In this document: positions 1 through 10,619 of the stretch, one piece after another
Position numbering within the stretch: position 1 is the stretch's first letter
Layout: each line of letters begins with the position of its first letter
NCBI RefSeq assembly: GCF_051307035.1
Contig: NZ_CP195536.1
Coordinates: 570,001 to 602,000 of the forward strand
Origin: Psychrobacter sp. DM4
GTDB taxonomy: Bacteria > Pseudomonadota > Gammaproteobacteria > Pseudomonadales > Moraxellaceae
Reading direction: 5' to 3'
Length of the DNA stretch: 32,000 bases
Program-made: the position numbers and the translations under genes
The notes under the pieces: model-generated
What the model was told of the DNA's origin: nothing
Database searches by the model: none
Seen by the model: only the letters and a program-made list of their open reading frames with translations

Positions 1-719
1 ATAAAAATTAAAGGTCTTATGAAGTCTGTTGTGGCTCTTAGTCTTACTGAAGCGTGCATCAAAGCCATTAAACAAATTATTGCTGATTCGGAACCATCCC
101 AAGATTCATCAAGACGATCGATAACTATTATAAAGTTGAAACTATTATTGGTAGCTATATTATTAGCTTCTTTAGTTATTTCACTACTACGTTTTACTTG
201 TCTTAGCCATAGCTTTGAATTCTCTTTCGTGTATGCTTCGAATATCTCATCTGTTAAATTTAGAACTCTTTGATCAAAATCACAATTCTCGATTAAACCG
301 CGTTCGCGATTGATTTGTCCATATTTTTTGTCAAATTTAAATAAATTTTGATTAGTCCATGTTTGGATTACTTCATCAATCAAAGCTCTTTCCATAGAAC
401 ACATTAGAGATTTAAATGGTCTTTGTCTTGTATCTAAAAAAGCTTCATGTTCCAAAGGTAGAGTAATCAAATCGAAGATTTGAGGAGCTAAATGGATTGT
501 TCTCGGGAATTTGCGTTGAACCTCAAAGGTCAATGCTGTTTTACCAGCGCCACGACGTCCAATAAAAAAGCAATCAGTTGATTTTTCGTCTAAAGAACTA
601 ATAGTAGAAGGTGTGGATACGAATAATGCGTGGTCCTTTCTTATGATATCGTATTCTGCAAAAGCCTCTCCTAATCTAACTTTAGTCAATGCATTTTTAG
701 GTAATTGTACTTTTCCCAT
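1..719 (-). CDS. P-loop NTPase (STAND/AAA-like), N-terminal part only; gene runs off the left window edge
   Basis: Absent from the ORF track because it has no stop in the window. Hand translation of the reverse strand from ATG (717-719) stays open to position 3. It reads MGKVQLPKNALTKVRLGEAFAEYD...DCFFIGRRGAGKTALTF (Walker A, GxxGxGKT) ...SFNFIIVIDRLDESWDG (Walker B, hhhhDxxDE). A GGAGAG Shine-Dalgarno sits at 726-731. The track ORF 19..273 (+) is its antisense shadow. Confidence 0.7.
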   Translation of the reverse strand, partial: MGKVQLPKNALTKVRLGEAFAEYDIIRKDHALFVSTPSTISSLDEKSTDCFFIGRRGAGKTALTFEVQRKFPRTIHLAPQIFDLITLPLEHEAFLDTRQRPFKSLMCSMERALIDEVIQTWTNQNLFKFDKKYGQINRERGLIENCDFDQRVLNLTDEIFEAYTKENSKLWLRQVKRSSEITKEANNIATNNSFNFIIVIDRLDESWDGSESAIICLMALMHASVRLRATTDFIRPLIF

Positions 720-753
720 AATGAACTCTCCAATATGTTTTTAACTAATATCA

Positions 754-1149
754 TTAAAACCAATCAACCACGACTAAACCTTCTACACGCTCAAACTCTT
801 TAGTATTATGCGTCACCAAAGTAGCGTTATTAGCAAGAGCGCAGCCTGCTATTTGTATGTCATAAGGGCCGATAGGTTGACCTTGACGTTCAAGTGTCGC
901 TCGAATATGTGCTGAAACCTCTGCTTCTTTACGACCAAATGGCATGACTTGAACTTGTTTTAAAAGAGTAGATAATTGACTCAAACGTTTATCAGGGCTA
1001 GTAGATTTTTGAATACCGACATTCAGCTCGTAAAGTACAACAGTAGGAATGATAATTTCATGCGGATCATAAGAGTAAAGGTGTGAGGCAACTTGCCCCA
1101 CACCTTTGAAAAAGTAAATTAGCGTATTTGTATCTAAAACATAGCTCAT
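754..1149 (-). CDS. vapC: PIN-domain ribonuclease toxin (VapC family)
   Basis: 131 aa. N-terminal YVLDTNTLIYF (PIN acidic Asp), mid YELNVG and C-terminal LVTHNTKEFERV are the usual VapC hallmarks. There is a 4-bp ATGA overlap with the upstream small gene. Confidence 0.85.
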   Translation of the reverse strand: MSYVLDTNTLIYFFKGVGQVASHLYSYDPHEIIIPTVVLYELNVGIQKSTSPDKRLSQLSTLLKQVQVMPFGRKEAEVSAHIRATLERQGQPIGPYDIQIAGCALANNATLVTHNTKEFERVEGLVVVDWF

Positions 1150-1382
1150 AGGGATTCACGCTCGGCGTCATTACCTTGAGTATCATGAATCTCATCCAAA
1201 CTTGGAAAATCAGCCCAACTACCAGCCAATGCTTTGACTTCTGGTGACCATCCTTGATGCTGTTTAACTTGTCGCTTAACAAACTGACTTAACCAGAGAT
1301 CAGGCGCTATGTTTTCAGAATTAGCCATTTGATAAACAATAGCTTCAACTTCTTCGTCTAGCGTTAAAGTAATTTGGCTCAT
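1146..1382 (-). CDS. vapB: Type II antitoxin cognate to the PIN toxin (VapB-like)
   Basis: 78 aa with an acidic C-terminus, translationally coupled to vapC by a start/stop overlap. A GGAGAA-type SD (rc of ttctcc around 1390) precedes it. The antitoxin superfamily cannot be assigned by eye. Confidence 0.65.
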   Translation of the reverse strand: MSQITLTLDEEVEAIVYQMANSENIAPDLWLSQFVKRQVKQHQGWSPEVKALAGSWADFPSLDEIHDTQGNDAERESL

Positions 1383-1404
1383 CTTAGTTCTCCTTCTATC
1401 TACA

Positions 1405-1423
1405 TATAGTTATAAACTATATA
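1405..1423 (-). promoter_or_regulatory. Inverted repeat ATATAGTT-ATA-AACTATAT upstream of vapB; candidate autoregulatory operator
   Basis: Perfect 8-bp arms separated by 3 bp, 23-41 bp upstream of the vapB start codon. Type II TA operons are typically autorepressed through such palindromes. Confidence 0.45.
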
Positions 1424-1465
1424 GGGTTATATAGATAAACTCCATCATCTTTAATTCAGATAGAT

Positions 1466-1507
1466 AAAAGCAAAAGCGGGATTGACTACTAAAGCAACCA
1501 ATCCCGC
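1466..1507 (-). terminator. Rho-independent terminator downstream of metH
   Basis: Perfect 9-bp stem GCGGGATTG (1476-1484) / CAATCCCGC (1499-1507). On the minus strand it is followed by TTTTGCTTTT. It lies 34 bp after the metH stop. Confidence 0.7.
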
Positions 1508-1540
1508 AACGAATATTTCTCTAGCAAACTAAAACCAACC

Positions 1541-4500
1541 CTACAAATTCGGATTCAACCACTTCTCAGCCGTCTTCATATCCCAACCTTTACGCTCAGC
1601 ATAACTCTCTAACTGGTCAGTGCTGATTTTACCGACGTTAAAGTATTCACTATCAGGGTGCGAGTAATAGAATCCGCTGACCGATGACGCAGGCCACATC
1701 GCATAGCTTTCGGTCAACGTCGTACCGATCGCCTCAACCGTACCGAGCCAGTCGAACAGCTTACCTTTTTCCGTATGCTCAGGACAGGCAGGGTAGCCAG
1801 GAGCGGGGCGGATGCCAACGTATTTCTCTTTAATCATCTCATCATTAGTGAGCGACTCAGTCGGCTGATAACCCCAGTACTCTTTACGGATGAGCTCGTG
1901 TAGATGTTCAGCGAATGCTTCAGCGAGACGATCGGAGAGGGCTTGTACCATGATAGCGTTGTAGTCATCACCTGCCGCTTTATACTTCTCAGCGAGCGCT
2001 TCAGTACCGACGATAGAGACGGTAAAGCCGCCTAAATAGTCTTCCTTTTCCGTATTGGGTGAGATAAAGTCCGCTAAGCTAAAGTTAGGCTTACCGCTAG
2101 CTTTATCCGACTGTTGACGTAAGTGCTCGAACTGATAGGTTGGATTGCCACTATCCGCTGTAGCCGTGTCATAGACCGTTACCGTATCATCAGCAGTACG
2201 ACGCGCAGGCATAATCTTAAATACGCCTTTTGCGATGATTAACTTCTCATCGATCATTTTCTGTAGTAGCTCTTTTGCATTATCAAACAAATCACACGCC
2301 GCTTCACCGACTACCTCATCTTGCAATATCTTCGGATATTTACCAGCGAGACCCCAAGAGATAAAGAACGGTGTCCAGTCAATGTAGGGTACGAGTGTCG
2401 CTATTGGATAATCATCGAGAATCACTTGACCCAAAGTATTGGGTACAGGTGGTAGGTAGCTATCCCAATCGTATTGAAAGCCAATTTTGACCGATTCAGC
2501 ATAGGAGAGCTTGGCAGCTTTAGGTTGACGCTTAGCCAGACGTTCGCGCACTTTGATGTACTCTTCACGAGTCTCATTGATCAAGCCTTGGCGATGCTCT
2601 TTGGATAGCAGTTTGGTAACGACACCGACAGAGCGTGAGGCATCCGTCACATAGATGACGCCATCGTTTTGATATTGCGGTTCGACTTTGACCGCCGTAT
2701 GCGCTTTAGAAGTCGTTGCACCGCCGATCATTAATGGCAACGTCATGCCGCGTTCTTGCATTTGCTTGGCGACGTAGACCATCTCATCAAGACTTGGCGT
2801 AATCAGTCCTGATAATCCGATGATATCGACGTTCTCACGAATAGCTGTGTCAAGAATAGTCTCGCAAGGCACCATAACACCGAGATCGACGATATCATAG
2901 CCATTACAGCCGAGGACCACGCCGACGATGTTTTTGCCGATATCATGCACATCGCCTTTAACCGTCGCCATGAGGATTTTACCTTTGGTCTCGCCTTCAA
3001 CCTTTTCCGCTTCTATATACGGATTCAGCCAGGCGACCGACTGCTTCATTACACGTGCCGATTTTACTACTTGCGGTAAAAACATTTTACCCGCGCCAAA
3101 GAGATCACCGACGATATTCATACCATCCATGAGTGGCCCTTCGATGACTTCTAACGGTTTGGGATATTTCTCCCATGCCTCTTTGGTGTCTGCCTCGATA
3201 AAGGTCGTGATACCTTTGACGAGTGCGTGAGCGATACGCGCCTCGACCGTGCCTTCGCGCCAGCTCATGTCAACGGTACTTTCTTTTTTCTTGCCGCCAT
3301 CTTGGTAGTTTTCAGCGGCAGTCATCAGGCGTTCAGTCGCATCTTGACCCGTCTCGCCTTGATTGCGGTTGAGCATGACATCCTCAATCGCATCTCGGGC
3401 ATCTTTTGGAATATCGTCGTACAGCTCAAGCATAGCGGGGTTGACGATACCCATGGTTAGACCGTTTTGAATGGCATGGTACAAGAATACGGAGTTGATT
3501 GCTTCACGTATCGGGTTACCACGGAAGCTAAAGGAGACGTTAGAGACACCGCCTGATACCATCGCATTGGGCAGATTTTCAACGATCCACTTAGTGGCAT
3601 TGATAAAGTCTGCGCCGTAGTTATTGTGCTCAGTGATGCCGGTTGCGACAGCAAAAATATTCGGATCAAAGATAATATCCTCAGAGGGAAAACCAACTTC
3701 ATCGACTAGAACGTCATAGCTACGCTGACAAATTTGAATTTTGCGCTCATAGGTGTCTGCTTGACCATCTTCGTCAAAAGCCATCACGATAATCGCAGCA
3801 CCATAACGCATACAGAGTTTGGCACGCTCGACAAATTCCGCATGACCTTCTTTGAGTGATATCGAGTTGACGACGCACTTGCCTTGCGTGCGTTTGAGAC
3901 CTTCTTCAATAATGTCCCATTTTGAGGAGTCCAGCATTAGTGGTACACGGCTAATATCGGGCTCACCTGAAACTAAATTAACGAAGTGAATCATCGCCTG
4001 CTTAGAGTCAAGCATGCCCTCATCCATATTGATATCGACGATTTGCGCGCCGCCCTCAACTTGGTCTCGTGCGACATCGAGAGCCTCAAGATACGCTTCT
4101 GTTTTAATTAAACGTAAAAACTTCTTTGAGCCGGTCACGTTGGTACGTTCACCGACATTGACGAATAAGCTATCAGCGTTAATCGTAAATGGCTCAAGCC
4201 CTGATAAACGGCAGGCAGGGGCAATCTCAGGGATCACACGCGGCGGATAGTTGGCGACCATATTGGCGATTTGGCGAATGTGCTCAGGCCGAGTACCACA
4301 GCAGCCGCCGACGATATTTAAAATACCTGCTTTAGCGAAGCCTTCTAGTAGGGCTGTTGTCTCTTCAGGCGTTTCGTCATATTCACCGAACTCATTAGGT
4401 AGACCGGCATTAGGATGAGCGGATACATAGACATTAGCAATGTTCGATAAGGTTTGAATGTGCGGGCGCAATGCATCGGCACCAAGCGCACAGTTAAAGC

Positions 4501-5335
4501 CAACGGATAGAGGTTTCGCATGACGCACCGAATTATAAAAAGCCTCAGCCGTTTGCCCCGAAAGCGTACGACCAGAAGCATCGGTAATCGTCCCTGAAAT
4601 CATAATGGGTAATTCAAAACCAATATCATCAAACACACCAGTGACTGCAAATATCGCCGCTTTTGCATTGAGCGTATCAAAGACCGTCTCGATTAAGATA
4701 ATATCGACGCCGCCCTCTATCAAACAAAGCGTGGCCTCGCGGTAGTTATCGACCAGCTCATCAAAGGTAATGTTACGATAGGCAGGATCATTGACATCAG
4801 GCGATAACGAACAGGTCCGTGACGTTGGACCAATGACACCAGCGACAAAGCGTGGCTTAGCAGGATCTTTGGCAGTAAATGCATCGGCAGCTTCTCGTGC
4901 AATTCTGGCAGCAGTAATATTCAGCTCTGGCACTAGATACTGCATATCATAGTCCGCCATCGATAGACGCGTCCCATTGAAGCTATTAGTCTCGATGATA
5001 TCCGCGCCAGCGTTGAGATGATCGTGATGAATATCGGTGATAATTTGCGGCTGAGACAGCACTAATAAATCATTATTACCGCGCACATCTTGTTCGATAT
5101 CAGCAAAACGCTCTCCTCGATAATCTGCCTCTTCTAATTTAAAGGTTTGAATCTGCGTACCCATCGCACCATCGAGCATCAAAATCCGTTTAGCCATTTC
5201 AGCTTCGATGCGCACGCGGGCAGTGAGCTGCTGTTCTTTGTATGGGAACACGCTTGGCGGCGTTAGGATAAAGTCACTGGTAGCAGATGCGGTTTGCGGT
5301 TTGGTATCGTCTAGAGATGTCATTAATGAGCTCAT
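1541..5335 (-). CDS. metH: Cobalamin-dependent methionine synthase
   Basis: The ORF of about 1265-1286 aa shows the Hcy-binding region ([10 protein letters not shown]...ADIIETNSF), the pterin-binding region, the B12-binding DxHxxG motif ([15 protein letters not shown]) and the AdoMet reactivation domain. The track start at 5401 is a GTG. The first ATGs are at 5335 and 5323 (MSSLMTSL...), so the exact start is uncertain. Confidence 0.95.
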   Translation of the reverse strand: MSSLMTSLDDTKPQTASATSDFILTPPSVFPYKEQQLTARVRIEAEMAKRILMLDGAMGTQIQTFKLEEADYRGERFADIEQDVRGNNDLLVLSQPQIITDIHHDHLNAGADIIETNSFNGTRLSMADYDMQYLVPELNITAARIAREAADAFTAKDPAKPRFVAGVIGPTSRTCSLSPDVNDPAYRNITFDELVDNYREATLCLIEGGVDIILIETVFDTLNAKAAIFAVTGVFDDIGFELPIMISGTITDASGRTLSGQTAEAFYNSVRHAKPLSVGFNCALGADALRPHIQTLSNIANVYVSAHPNAGLPNEFGEYDETPEETTALLEGFAKAGILNIVGGCCGTRPEHIRQIANMVANYPPRVIPEIAPACRLSGLEPFTINADSLFVNVGERTNVTGSKKFLRLIKTEAYLEALDVARDQVEGGAQIVDINMDEGMLDSKQAMIHFVNLVSGEPDISRVPLMLDSSKWDIIEEGLKRTQGKCVVNSISLKEGHAEFVERAKLCMRYGAAIIVMAFDEDGQADTYERKIQICQRSYDVLVDEVGFPSEDIIFDPNIFAVATGITEHNNYGADFINATKWIVENLPNAMVSGGVSNVSFSFRGNPIREAINSVFLYHAIQNGLTMGIVNPAMLELYDDIPKDARDAIEDVMLNRNQGETGQDATERLMTAAENYQDGGKKKESTVDMSWREGTVEARIAHALVKGITTFIEADTKEAWEKYPKPLEVIEGPLMDGMNIVGDLFGAGKMFLPQVVKSARVMKQSVAWLNPYIEAEKVEGETKGKILMATVKGDVHDIGKNIVGVVLGCNGYDIVDLGVMVPCETILDTAIRENVDIIGLSGLITPSLDEMVYVAKQMQERGMTLPLMIGGATTSKAHTAVKVEPQYQNDGVIYVTDASRSVGVVTKLLSKEHRQGLINETREEYIKVRERLAKRQPKAAKLSYAESVKIGFQYDWDSYLPPVPNTLGQVILDDYPIATLVPYIDWTPFFISWGLAGKYPKILQDEVVGEAACDLFDNAKELLQKMIDEKLIIAKGVFKIMPARRTADDTVTVYDTATADSGNPTYQFEHLRQQSDKASGKPNFSLADFISPNTEKEDYLGGFTVSIVGTEALAEKYKAAGDDYNAIMVQALSDRLAEAFAEHLHELIRKEYWGYQPTESLTNDEMIKEKYVGIRPAPGYPACPEHTEKGKLFDWLGTVEAIGTTLTESYAMWPASSVSGFYYSHPDSEYFNVGKISTDQLESYAERKGWDMKTAEKWLNPNL

Positions 5336-5753
5336 AAGAATAGGACTTGTATTATCGGTGTTGTAAGAATAGAGGTCGAATAAATGGGCGTATTTTAACA
5401 CGAAAATACGCCTACTCTAGGTAGAGTTAGTACTGTTGTTAATACTAAAAAAGACTAAGTTTTTAAAGTATCAAGATTAGAAATAGACCAAGCGATATGA
5501 ATAATGCTTTGTTAAGGTAAAAAATAGACACAACTTACACGGGTATTACAAAAAGTTGCGTAAACACAGAGTGATGCTTGAACCTGATATGTTAATTTAC
5601 GTTTATAAGAAATAACTTCTCGTTAGTACTACTTATGAATTAGTTGAATTTTATTTAAATTTTAAATCAAATTCTTTTAACTTAGAGAGCTGATATTCTT
5701 ATATAGAGTACGATAAGTTGTAAACCTTAAATAAAATAATCAAGGATACGAAT

Positions 5754-6320
5754 ATGAAACTTATTAAAATTGCTACGATTAGTACACTTGCGGTTTCACT
5801 ACTAGGCTTAAGTGCCTGTAACAACATGATGGCAGCTGACATGCCTATGAAAACGCCAGCACAAAAACAAGTTATGCAAAATCAGATGATGTCAGATATG
5901 AACGTTGTTCAGATTGCACAAAGTAACTCTGACTTCTCGATTTTGGTTGAAGCCTTACAAGCGGCAGGCTTAGCAGGCGCGTTGACAGATACTGGTGCAA
6001 GCTATACTGTATTGGCACCAACAAATGCAGCCTTTGCTGCTGCATTGCAAGAATCAGGCATGACCAAAGCTCAGCTTTTTGCTAACAAGCCACTATTAAC
6101 TAAGATCTTGACTTATCATGTGATTAAAGGTAACACCCCAGTCTACCAAAAGCATGTGAAGCCTGGTAATTACACTATGATGAGCAATGATACGCTCGTC
6201 ATTACGCCACAAGGTAAGTTAATGGATGAGATGGGTCGTACAACTAATATTGTCAAAACAGACATTGCTGCCAGTAATGGCGTCGTACATGTTATCGACA
6301 GAGTTTTGATGCCGCGATAA
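5754..6320 (+). CDS. FAS1 (fasciclin) domain lipoprotein with Met-rich N-terminal linker
   Basis: Signal peptide plus lipobox LGLSAC. FAS1 motifs SILVEALQAAGL...YTVLAPTNAAF...NGVVHVIDRVLMP. AAGGA SD upstream. Confidence 0.85.
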   Translation: MKLIKIATISTLAVSLLGLSACNNMMAADMPMKTPAQKQVMQNQMMSDMNVVQIAQSNSDFSILVEALQAAGLAGALTDTGASYTVLAPTNAAFAAALQESGMTKAQLFANKPLLTKILTYHVIKGNTPVYQKHVKPGNYTMMSNDTLVITPQGKLMDEMGRTTNIVKTDIAASNGVVHVIDRVLMPR

Positions 6321-6513
6321 CTATAATAAAAATCTAATGAGCGAAAAGCCCTTACTTCAAACAAGCTGATGCTTAACTAGCATCAGCTGCCTCAAAATCT
6401 ATGTCTATCAATGCCAGTCTATAGATTTTTAATTGTTTACCTCAACTCAATACTTGTACTATATTGTCATTATTATAAACAATGCACGGTTCAATTTTTA
6501 AAAGGATATACCC

Positions 6514-7119
6514 ATGTTAAAGAAAACACTACTATCTCTAGCTATCGCAGCATCTGCGGTTACTTTAGTTGCTTGCAATGATACTGAAACTGTCGTAGAG
6601 CCAGTTGAAGAGCCAATTGTTGAAGTTGAGCCAATGGTCGAAACAGAGCCTATGGTAGACCCTATGGTTGAAACTGATCCTATGGTTGATACTATGGGCA
6701 CTCAAAGTATCACTGAAATAGCTGCAGGTAATGAGAACCTAACGGTTCTAACGGCAGCGCTTCAAGCAGCCGATCTAGATACTATGCTTATGGATGCAGG
6801 TACTTATACTGTATTTGCGCCTACTGATGATGCATTTGCTCCAGTACTCGAAAAGCTCGGCGTCACAAAAGAAGAACTATTAGCTGATACTGATTTGCTC
6901 AAAAGTGTCCTACCGTACCATGTTCTACCTATGGTAGTTATGGCAGCCGAAATCCCTTACGATACTGATGTCGCTACTGTAAATGGTGCAACCATTAATA
7001 TTAGTGATGCTAACGTCATTACCGACGCTGCTGGTAATAGAGCTAACATCACTGGTACTGACATTGTGGCGACTAATGGTGTGGTTCACACTATCGATGC
7101 GGTACTAATGCCGCAGTAA
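6514..7119 (+). CDS. FAS1 (fasciclin) domain lipoprotein with (E/D)PMV repeat linker
   Basis: Lipobox TLVAC. FAS1 motifs LTVLTAALQAADL...YTVFAPTDDAF...NGVVHTIDAVLMP. AAGGA SD upstream. Confidence 0.85.
   Translation: MLKKTLLSLAIAASAVTLVACNDTETVVEPVEEPIVEVEPMVETEPMVDPMVETDPMVDTMGTQSITEIAAGNENLTVLTAALQAADLDTMLMDAGTYTVFAPTDDAFAPVLEKLGVTKEELLADTDLLKSVLPYHVLPMVVMAAEIPYDTDVATVNGATINISDANVITDAAGNRANITGTDIVATNGVVHTIDAVLMPQ
6598..6696 (+). repeat. Short in-frame coding repeats (EPVE-EPIVEV-EPMVET-EPMVD-PMVET-DPMVDTM)
   Basis: Reiterated cc(a/t)atggt(n)ga(n) units are visible in the DNA. They also generate the spurious antisense STIGS-repeat ORF 6498..6701. Confidence 0.8.
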
Positions 7120-7150
7120 TCACTATCTAGCATTCATTGTGTTATCGTGA

Positions 7151-7180
7151 AAGCCCAGCTCTTGTAGCTGGGCTTTTTGT
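7151..7180 (+). terminator. Rho-independent terminator after the second FAS1 gene
   Basis: AAGCCCAGCT (7151-7160), loop CTTGT, AGCTGGGCTT (7166-7175), followed by TTTGT. Confidence 0.8.
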
Positions 7181-7477
7181 GTTCTATATGTCATGAGTAG
7201 ATAAAGATAATAACGTGTTGTGAACAGGAATTGTGTTAGACACATATGATTTGAATATTGAAATCTGTAGCATAGCTACAAGTATTTTTAAATAAAACAT
7301 CGCGACGACTATAGTTCTCTTAGTACTAGGTAATTTATTATGCTCTAGCTATCAGAGCAAGACGTTGATAAGGCTATTGCAATCTAAACTAAATAATTTC
7401 CATCCATAAGTAAGATCCTATAAGTAGATGCTACGCTTAAGTCGCTAAGAATAAACTATCGTATTAATCGCTACCCA

Positions 7478-7508
7478 TAAAAAAGCCCGAGAACAAAATC
7501 TCAGGCTT
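7478..7508 (-). terminator. Rho-independent terminator after the symporter gene
   Basis: On the minus strand: AAGCCTGAGA, loop TTTTGT, TCTCGGGCTT (one G-U pair), followed by TTTTT. Confidence 0.7.
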
Positions 7509-7549
7509 TCATTTTAAAGGTAGACTAACGCTTTTTTTCTAAAAGACGA

Positions 7550-9109
7550 TTACTTAACATCTTTGCGTAATGGATCAGCTGCGACTCTTTGCTGCTCTGC
7601 TAGATGACGCTCTTCCCAATACGTTGCGTTCTTGATGCCGAATTTCTTAGGATCAAAGACGAATCTCTTAGAATCCGTACCGCCACCTGCTTTGAGCTGT
7701 GCTTCGTAATCTCGTAAGATGTCGATAGCAGGACGCGCTACAAAGAAGATAACGATAATACCAACGATGTTGAGCCAAGCCATTAAGCCAACACCAACGT
7801 CTCCAAGTCCCCAGATGTAACCTGAGCTATTGAGCGCACCGTAAGCGACCATGAACATAATGACTAGTTTGACAACGAACTGACCCGCTTTACTCGCGCC
7901 CTTACCCATAGAGCGAGTAAGGTATGAGATGTTCACTTCAGCGATATAGTAGTATGCCAAGATAGTAGTAAAGGCAAAGAAGAATACTGCTACCGCAATA
8001 AATGTATTACCAAAGGTACCGTAGACAGATTCCATAGCCATTTGCGTAAATGACGGTGAGTTAATCTCAACTGTTGCCGCTACGTTTTGGACTAAGAACT
8101 GGCCATCAGCAAGCTCGCCTTGAATGTTGTACATACCAGTAGATAGAATCATAAAGGCAGTAGCAGAACATACTAACAAAGTATCGACATAAACTGAGAA
8201 TGCCTGTACCAAACCCTGCTGCGCAGGATGATCAACCGCGGCAGCAGCAGCAGCATGTGGACCTGTACCTTGACCGGCCTCATTAGAGTAGATACCACGC
8301 TTCACGCCCCAACCGATAGCTGCACCAAATCCTGCTTGAGCCGTGAAGGCATCACCGACGATCATGCCGAACACTTGCGGGATCATACTAAAGTTTGCAA
8401 ACATGATAAGTAGCGCTAGGATAATGTAGCCTACTGCCATAAAAGGAACCGCGTACTCAGTAAAGGTTGCAATACGCTTGATACCACCAAAGATGATAAA
8501 GCCTAAAACCACTAAAATGATACCAAGGGCGATGAGGCGAGTTGAGCCTGTTTCCATACCCATAAAGCTCATTGCTGACCCTTCACCTGCAACTTGTGCA
8601 ACCGCGTTGATGACACCGTTGGCTTGTACACCAGGTAAAAACACCCCACAAGATATAATTGCAGCTATAGCGAATAAAATACCGTACCACTTTTGACCAA
8701 GTGCACGCTCAAAGTAATAAGCAGGGCCACCGCGATACTCGCCCGTTACGACGTCGCGTTCTTTATAAATCTGACCCAAAGTCGATTCTACATAAGCAGT
8801 TGATGCGCCCAAAAAGGCGACAACCCACATCCAAAATACCGCACCAGGACCACCAAAGCCGATGGCAGCAGCAACACCAGCGATGTTACCCATACCAACA
8901 CGTCCGGCGAGTGAGACAGCTAATGCCTGAAATGACGAGATACCTGCATTATCAGGTTTACCCTTAAATAGTAGTCTTACCATCTCGCCAAATAGGCGAA
9001 CTTGAACAAAACGGGTTAAGATAGAATAAAATAGACCTGCGCCCAAACATAAATAAATTAGTGCAGGACTCCAAATAATACCGTTTGCTAGATTGACTAA
9101 ACTTTCCAT
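7550..9109 (-). CDS. Alanine/glycine:cation (Na+) symporter, AGCS family
   Basis: 519 aa polytopic membrane protein. The N-terminus (IIWSPALIYLCLGAGLFYSILTRFVQVR) and the GNIAGVAAAIGFGGPGAVFWMW segment are characteristic of sodium:alanine symporter family proteins. Confidence 0.9.
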   Translation of the reverse strand: MESLVNLANGIIWSPALIYLCLGAGLFYSILTRFVQVRLFGEMVRLLFKGKPDNAGISSFQALAVSLAGRVGMGNIAGVAAAIGFGGPGAVFWMWVVAFLGASTAYVESTLGQIYKERDVVTGEYRGGPAYYFERALGQKWYGILFAIAAIISCGVFLPGVQANGVINAVAQVAGEGSAMSFMGMETGSTRLIALGIILVVLGFIIFGGIKRIATFTEYAVPFMAVGYIILALLIMFANFSMIPQVFGMIVGDAFTAQAGFGAAIGWGVKRGIYSNEAGQGTGPHAAAAAAVDHPAQQGLVQAFSVYVDTLLVCSATAFMILSTGMYNIQGELADGQFLVQNVAATVEINSPSFTQMAMESVYGTFGNTFIAVAVFFFAFTTILAYYYIAEVNISYLTRSMGKGASKAGQFVVKLVIMFMVAYGALNSSGYIWGLGDVGVGLMAWLNIVGIIVIFFVARPAIDILRDYEAQLKAGGGTDSKRFVFDPKKFGIKNATYWEERHLAEQQRVAADPLRKDVK

Positions 9110-9951
9110 ATTATGTATTCCTAAAACTATCTCAGTAGACTTATGCTAAGCAAAGAAGTAAACCGCCTAAAACCAGATTAGGGGTCTAATCGTTCATACT
9201 GCTACTAAGAGTAGGCTATGGTTGTCTGTATTTATCTACCAAGATTAGTATCGATATTAAATAGTGACGTCAATATTGATATTAGACTCAGATACACTAG
9301 TAATTTATAGCTACAACAAACTTGCGATAAACACTAGTAGATAAAAAAGGGAATGTTATAAAAAAATGTTTATCACACTAGATAGACACTCACTATATCT
9401 TACACTGTAATGGATACTTACATTTACATTTAGTTAAAATGATAGGGATTAGGATCTATAACTAATAATCCGTAGTAAATTCAAAGATTTATCTCTCTAC
9501 ACTTTTTGTTAGATAACAAATTAATTACTAAACGTGAGTAAACCATACAGTAACGTAACTGCAATTTGCCATATTTTTACTTTAATTACTAGAATTTTTT
9601 TTGAATGTAGCCAGTTAAAACCACAAATACAAGCATCTGTTCATTAGAATACTATAAGTTTTAGAGGGATGACTATTTGGTTAAAATTTACATATAGTTT
9701 ATTTATTTGCAAAGATTACTAGCGGCTATGAATATAGTTGATATAGCTAGTTTGGACAGAGAGCTGTGCGAGTTGTGTTTTGGTAACGGTGAATTGTAAA
9801 ACGCTGGTGATAACGTCATTATTATCGGCACAAGCTACTGCTGGTAGTTATGACTATAAACGTATCTAAACGAAGTATTCCATGTAATATACGCAAACAA
9901 GCATTAGAAATGTACAATGTCTTTAATGATTAACTATTAGGAGCGACCCTT

Positions 9952-10563
9952 ATGTCACGCAATTTTTTTATAAAGCCTATATTACTCTCAGCAGTACTAG
10001 CGACCTCTACTATTGGTCTAACAGGCTGCGGTTATAACAATTTGCAGTCACAAGATGAGCAAGTGACCGCGTCTTGGTCCGAGGTGGTTAACCAATACCA
10101 GCGCCGTGACGATCTCGTGCCAAACTTGGTCAAAGTTGTCAAGCAGTATGCAGATCAAGAGCAAGAGGTGTTCACACAAGTGGCCTCAGCACGATCGCAA
10201 GCGGGTGGCATTACCGTCACGCCTGAGCTATTAAACGATCCTGAAGCGATGGAGCGTTATGCTGAAGCGCAATCTCAGATGACAGGTGCTTTGTCGCGTT
10301 TAATGGCAGTCTCTGAGCGCTATCCTGAGCTAAAGTCTGATGCCTTATTCCAAGACCTCCAAGCGCAGTTAGAAGGTACTGAGAACCGTATTGCGGTTGC
10401 TCGTAATCGTTATATTCAAGAAGTACAGGGCTACAATACAACGGTGCGTCAGTTCCCAACCAACATTACTGCTAAAGTATTTGGCATGGATACCAAGCCC
10501 AACTTTACTGTTGCTAATGAAGAAGAGATATCTACCGCACCTGACGTCGACTTTGGTGAGTAA
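9952..10563 (+). CDS. lemA: LemA family protein (lipoprotein-type signal, LTGC)
   Basis: YNNLQSQDEQVTASWSEVVNQYQRRDDLVPNLV...RYPELKSD...ENRIAVARNRY is the canonical LemA pattern. AGGAG SD upstream. Confidence 0.9.
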   Translation: MSRNFFIKPILLSAVLATSTIGLTGCGYNNLQSQDEQVTASWSEVVNQYQRRDDLVPNLVKVVKQYADQEQEVFTQVASARSQAGGITVTPELLNDPEAMERYAEAQSQMTGALSRLMAVSERYPELKSDALFQDLQAQLEGTENRIAVARNRYIQEVQGYNTTVRQFPTNITAKVFGMDTKPNFTVANEEEISTAPDVDFGE

Positions 10564-10619
10564 TCCTTTATATCGGTTGTATATATAGCCTGACTGAACC
10601 TATAGATGGTAAAAACACT

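Noticed and set aside
2803-4902. Seven 60-100 aa ORFs inside or antisense to metH
   Set aside because: All are embedded in a 1260+ aa ORF with continuous domain-level similarity to MetH, and none has a recognisable motif or SD.
6498-6701. STIGS-repeat ORF on the minus strand
   Set aside because: It is the antisense shadow of the (E/D)PMV repeat region of the FAS1 lipoprotein, which has an SD, a lipobox and a domain match.
8228-8967. Three plus-strand ORFs opposite the symporter gene
   Set aside because: They are antisense to a continuous polytopic transporter ORF, and their basic, low-complexity composition is typical of shadow ORFs.
9110-9400. Glycine riboswitch in the 5' leader of the alanine/glycine symporter
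   Set aside because: I looked for the conserved GGAGAG...CACCG...GGGCAA-type cores on the minus strand and did not find them. An Infernal scan would be decisive.
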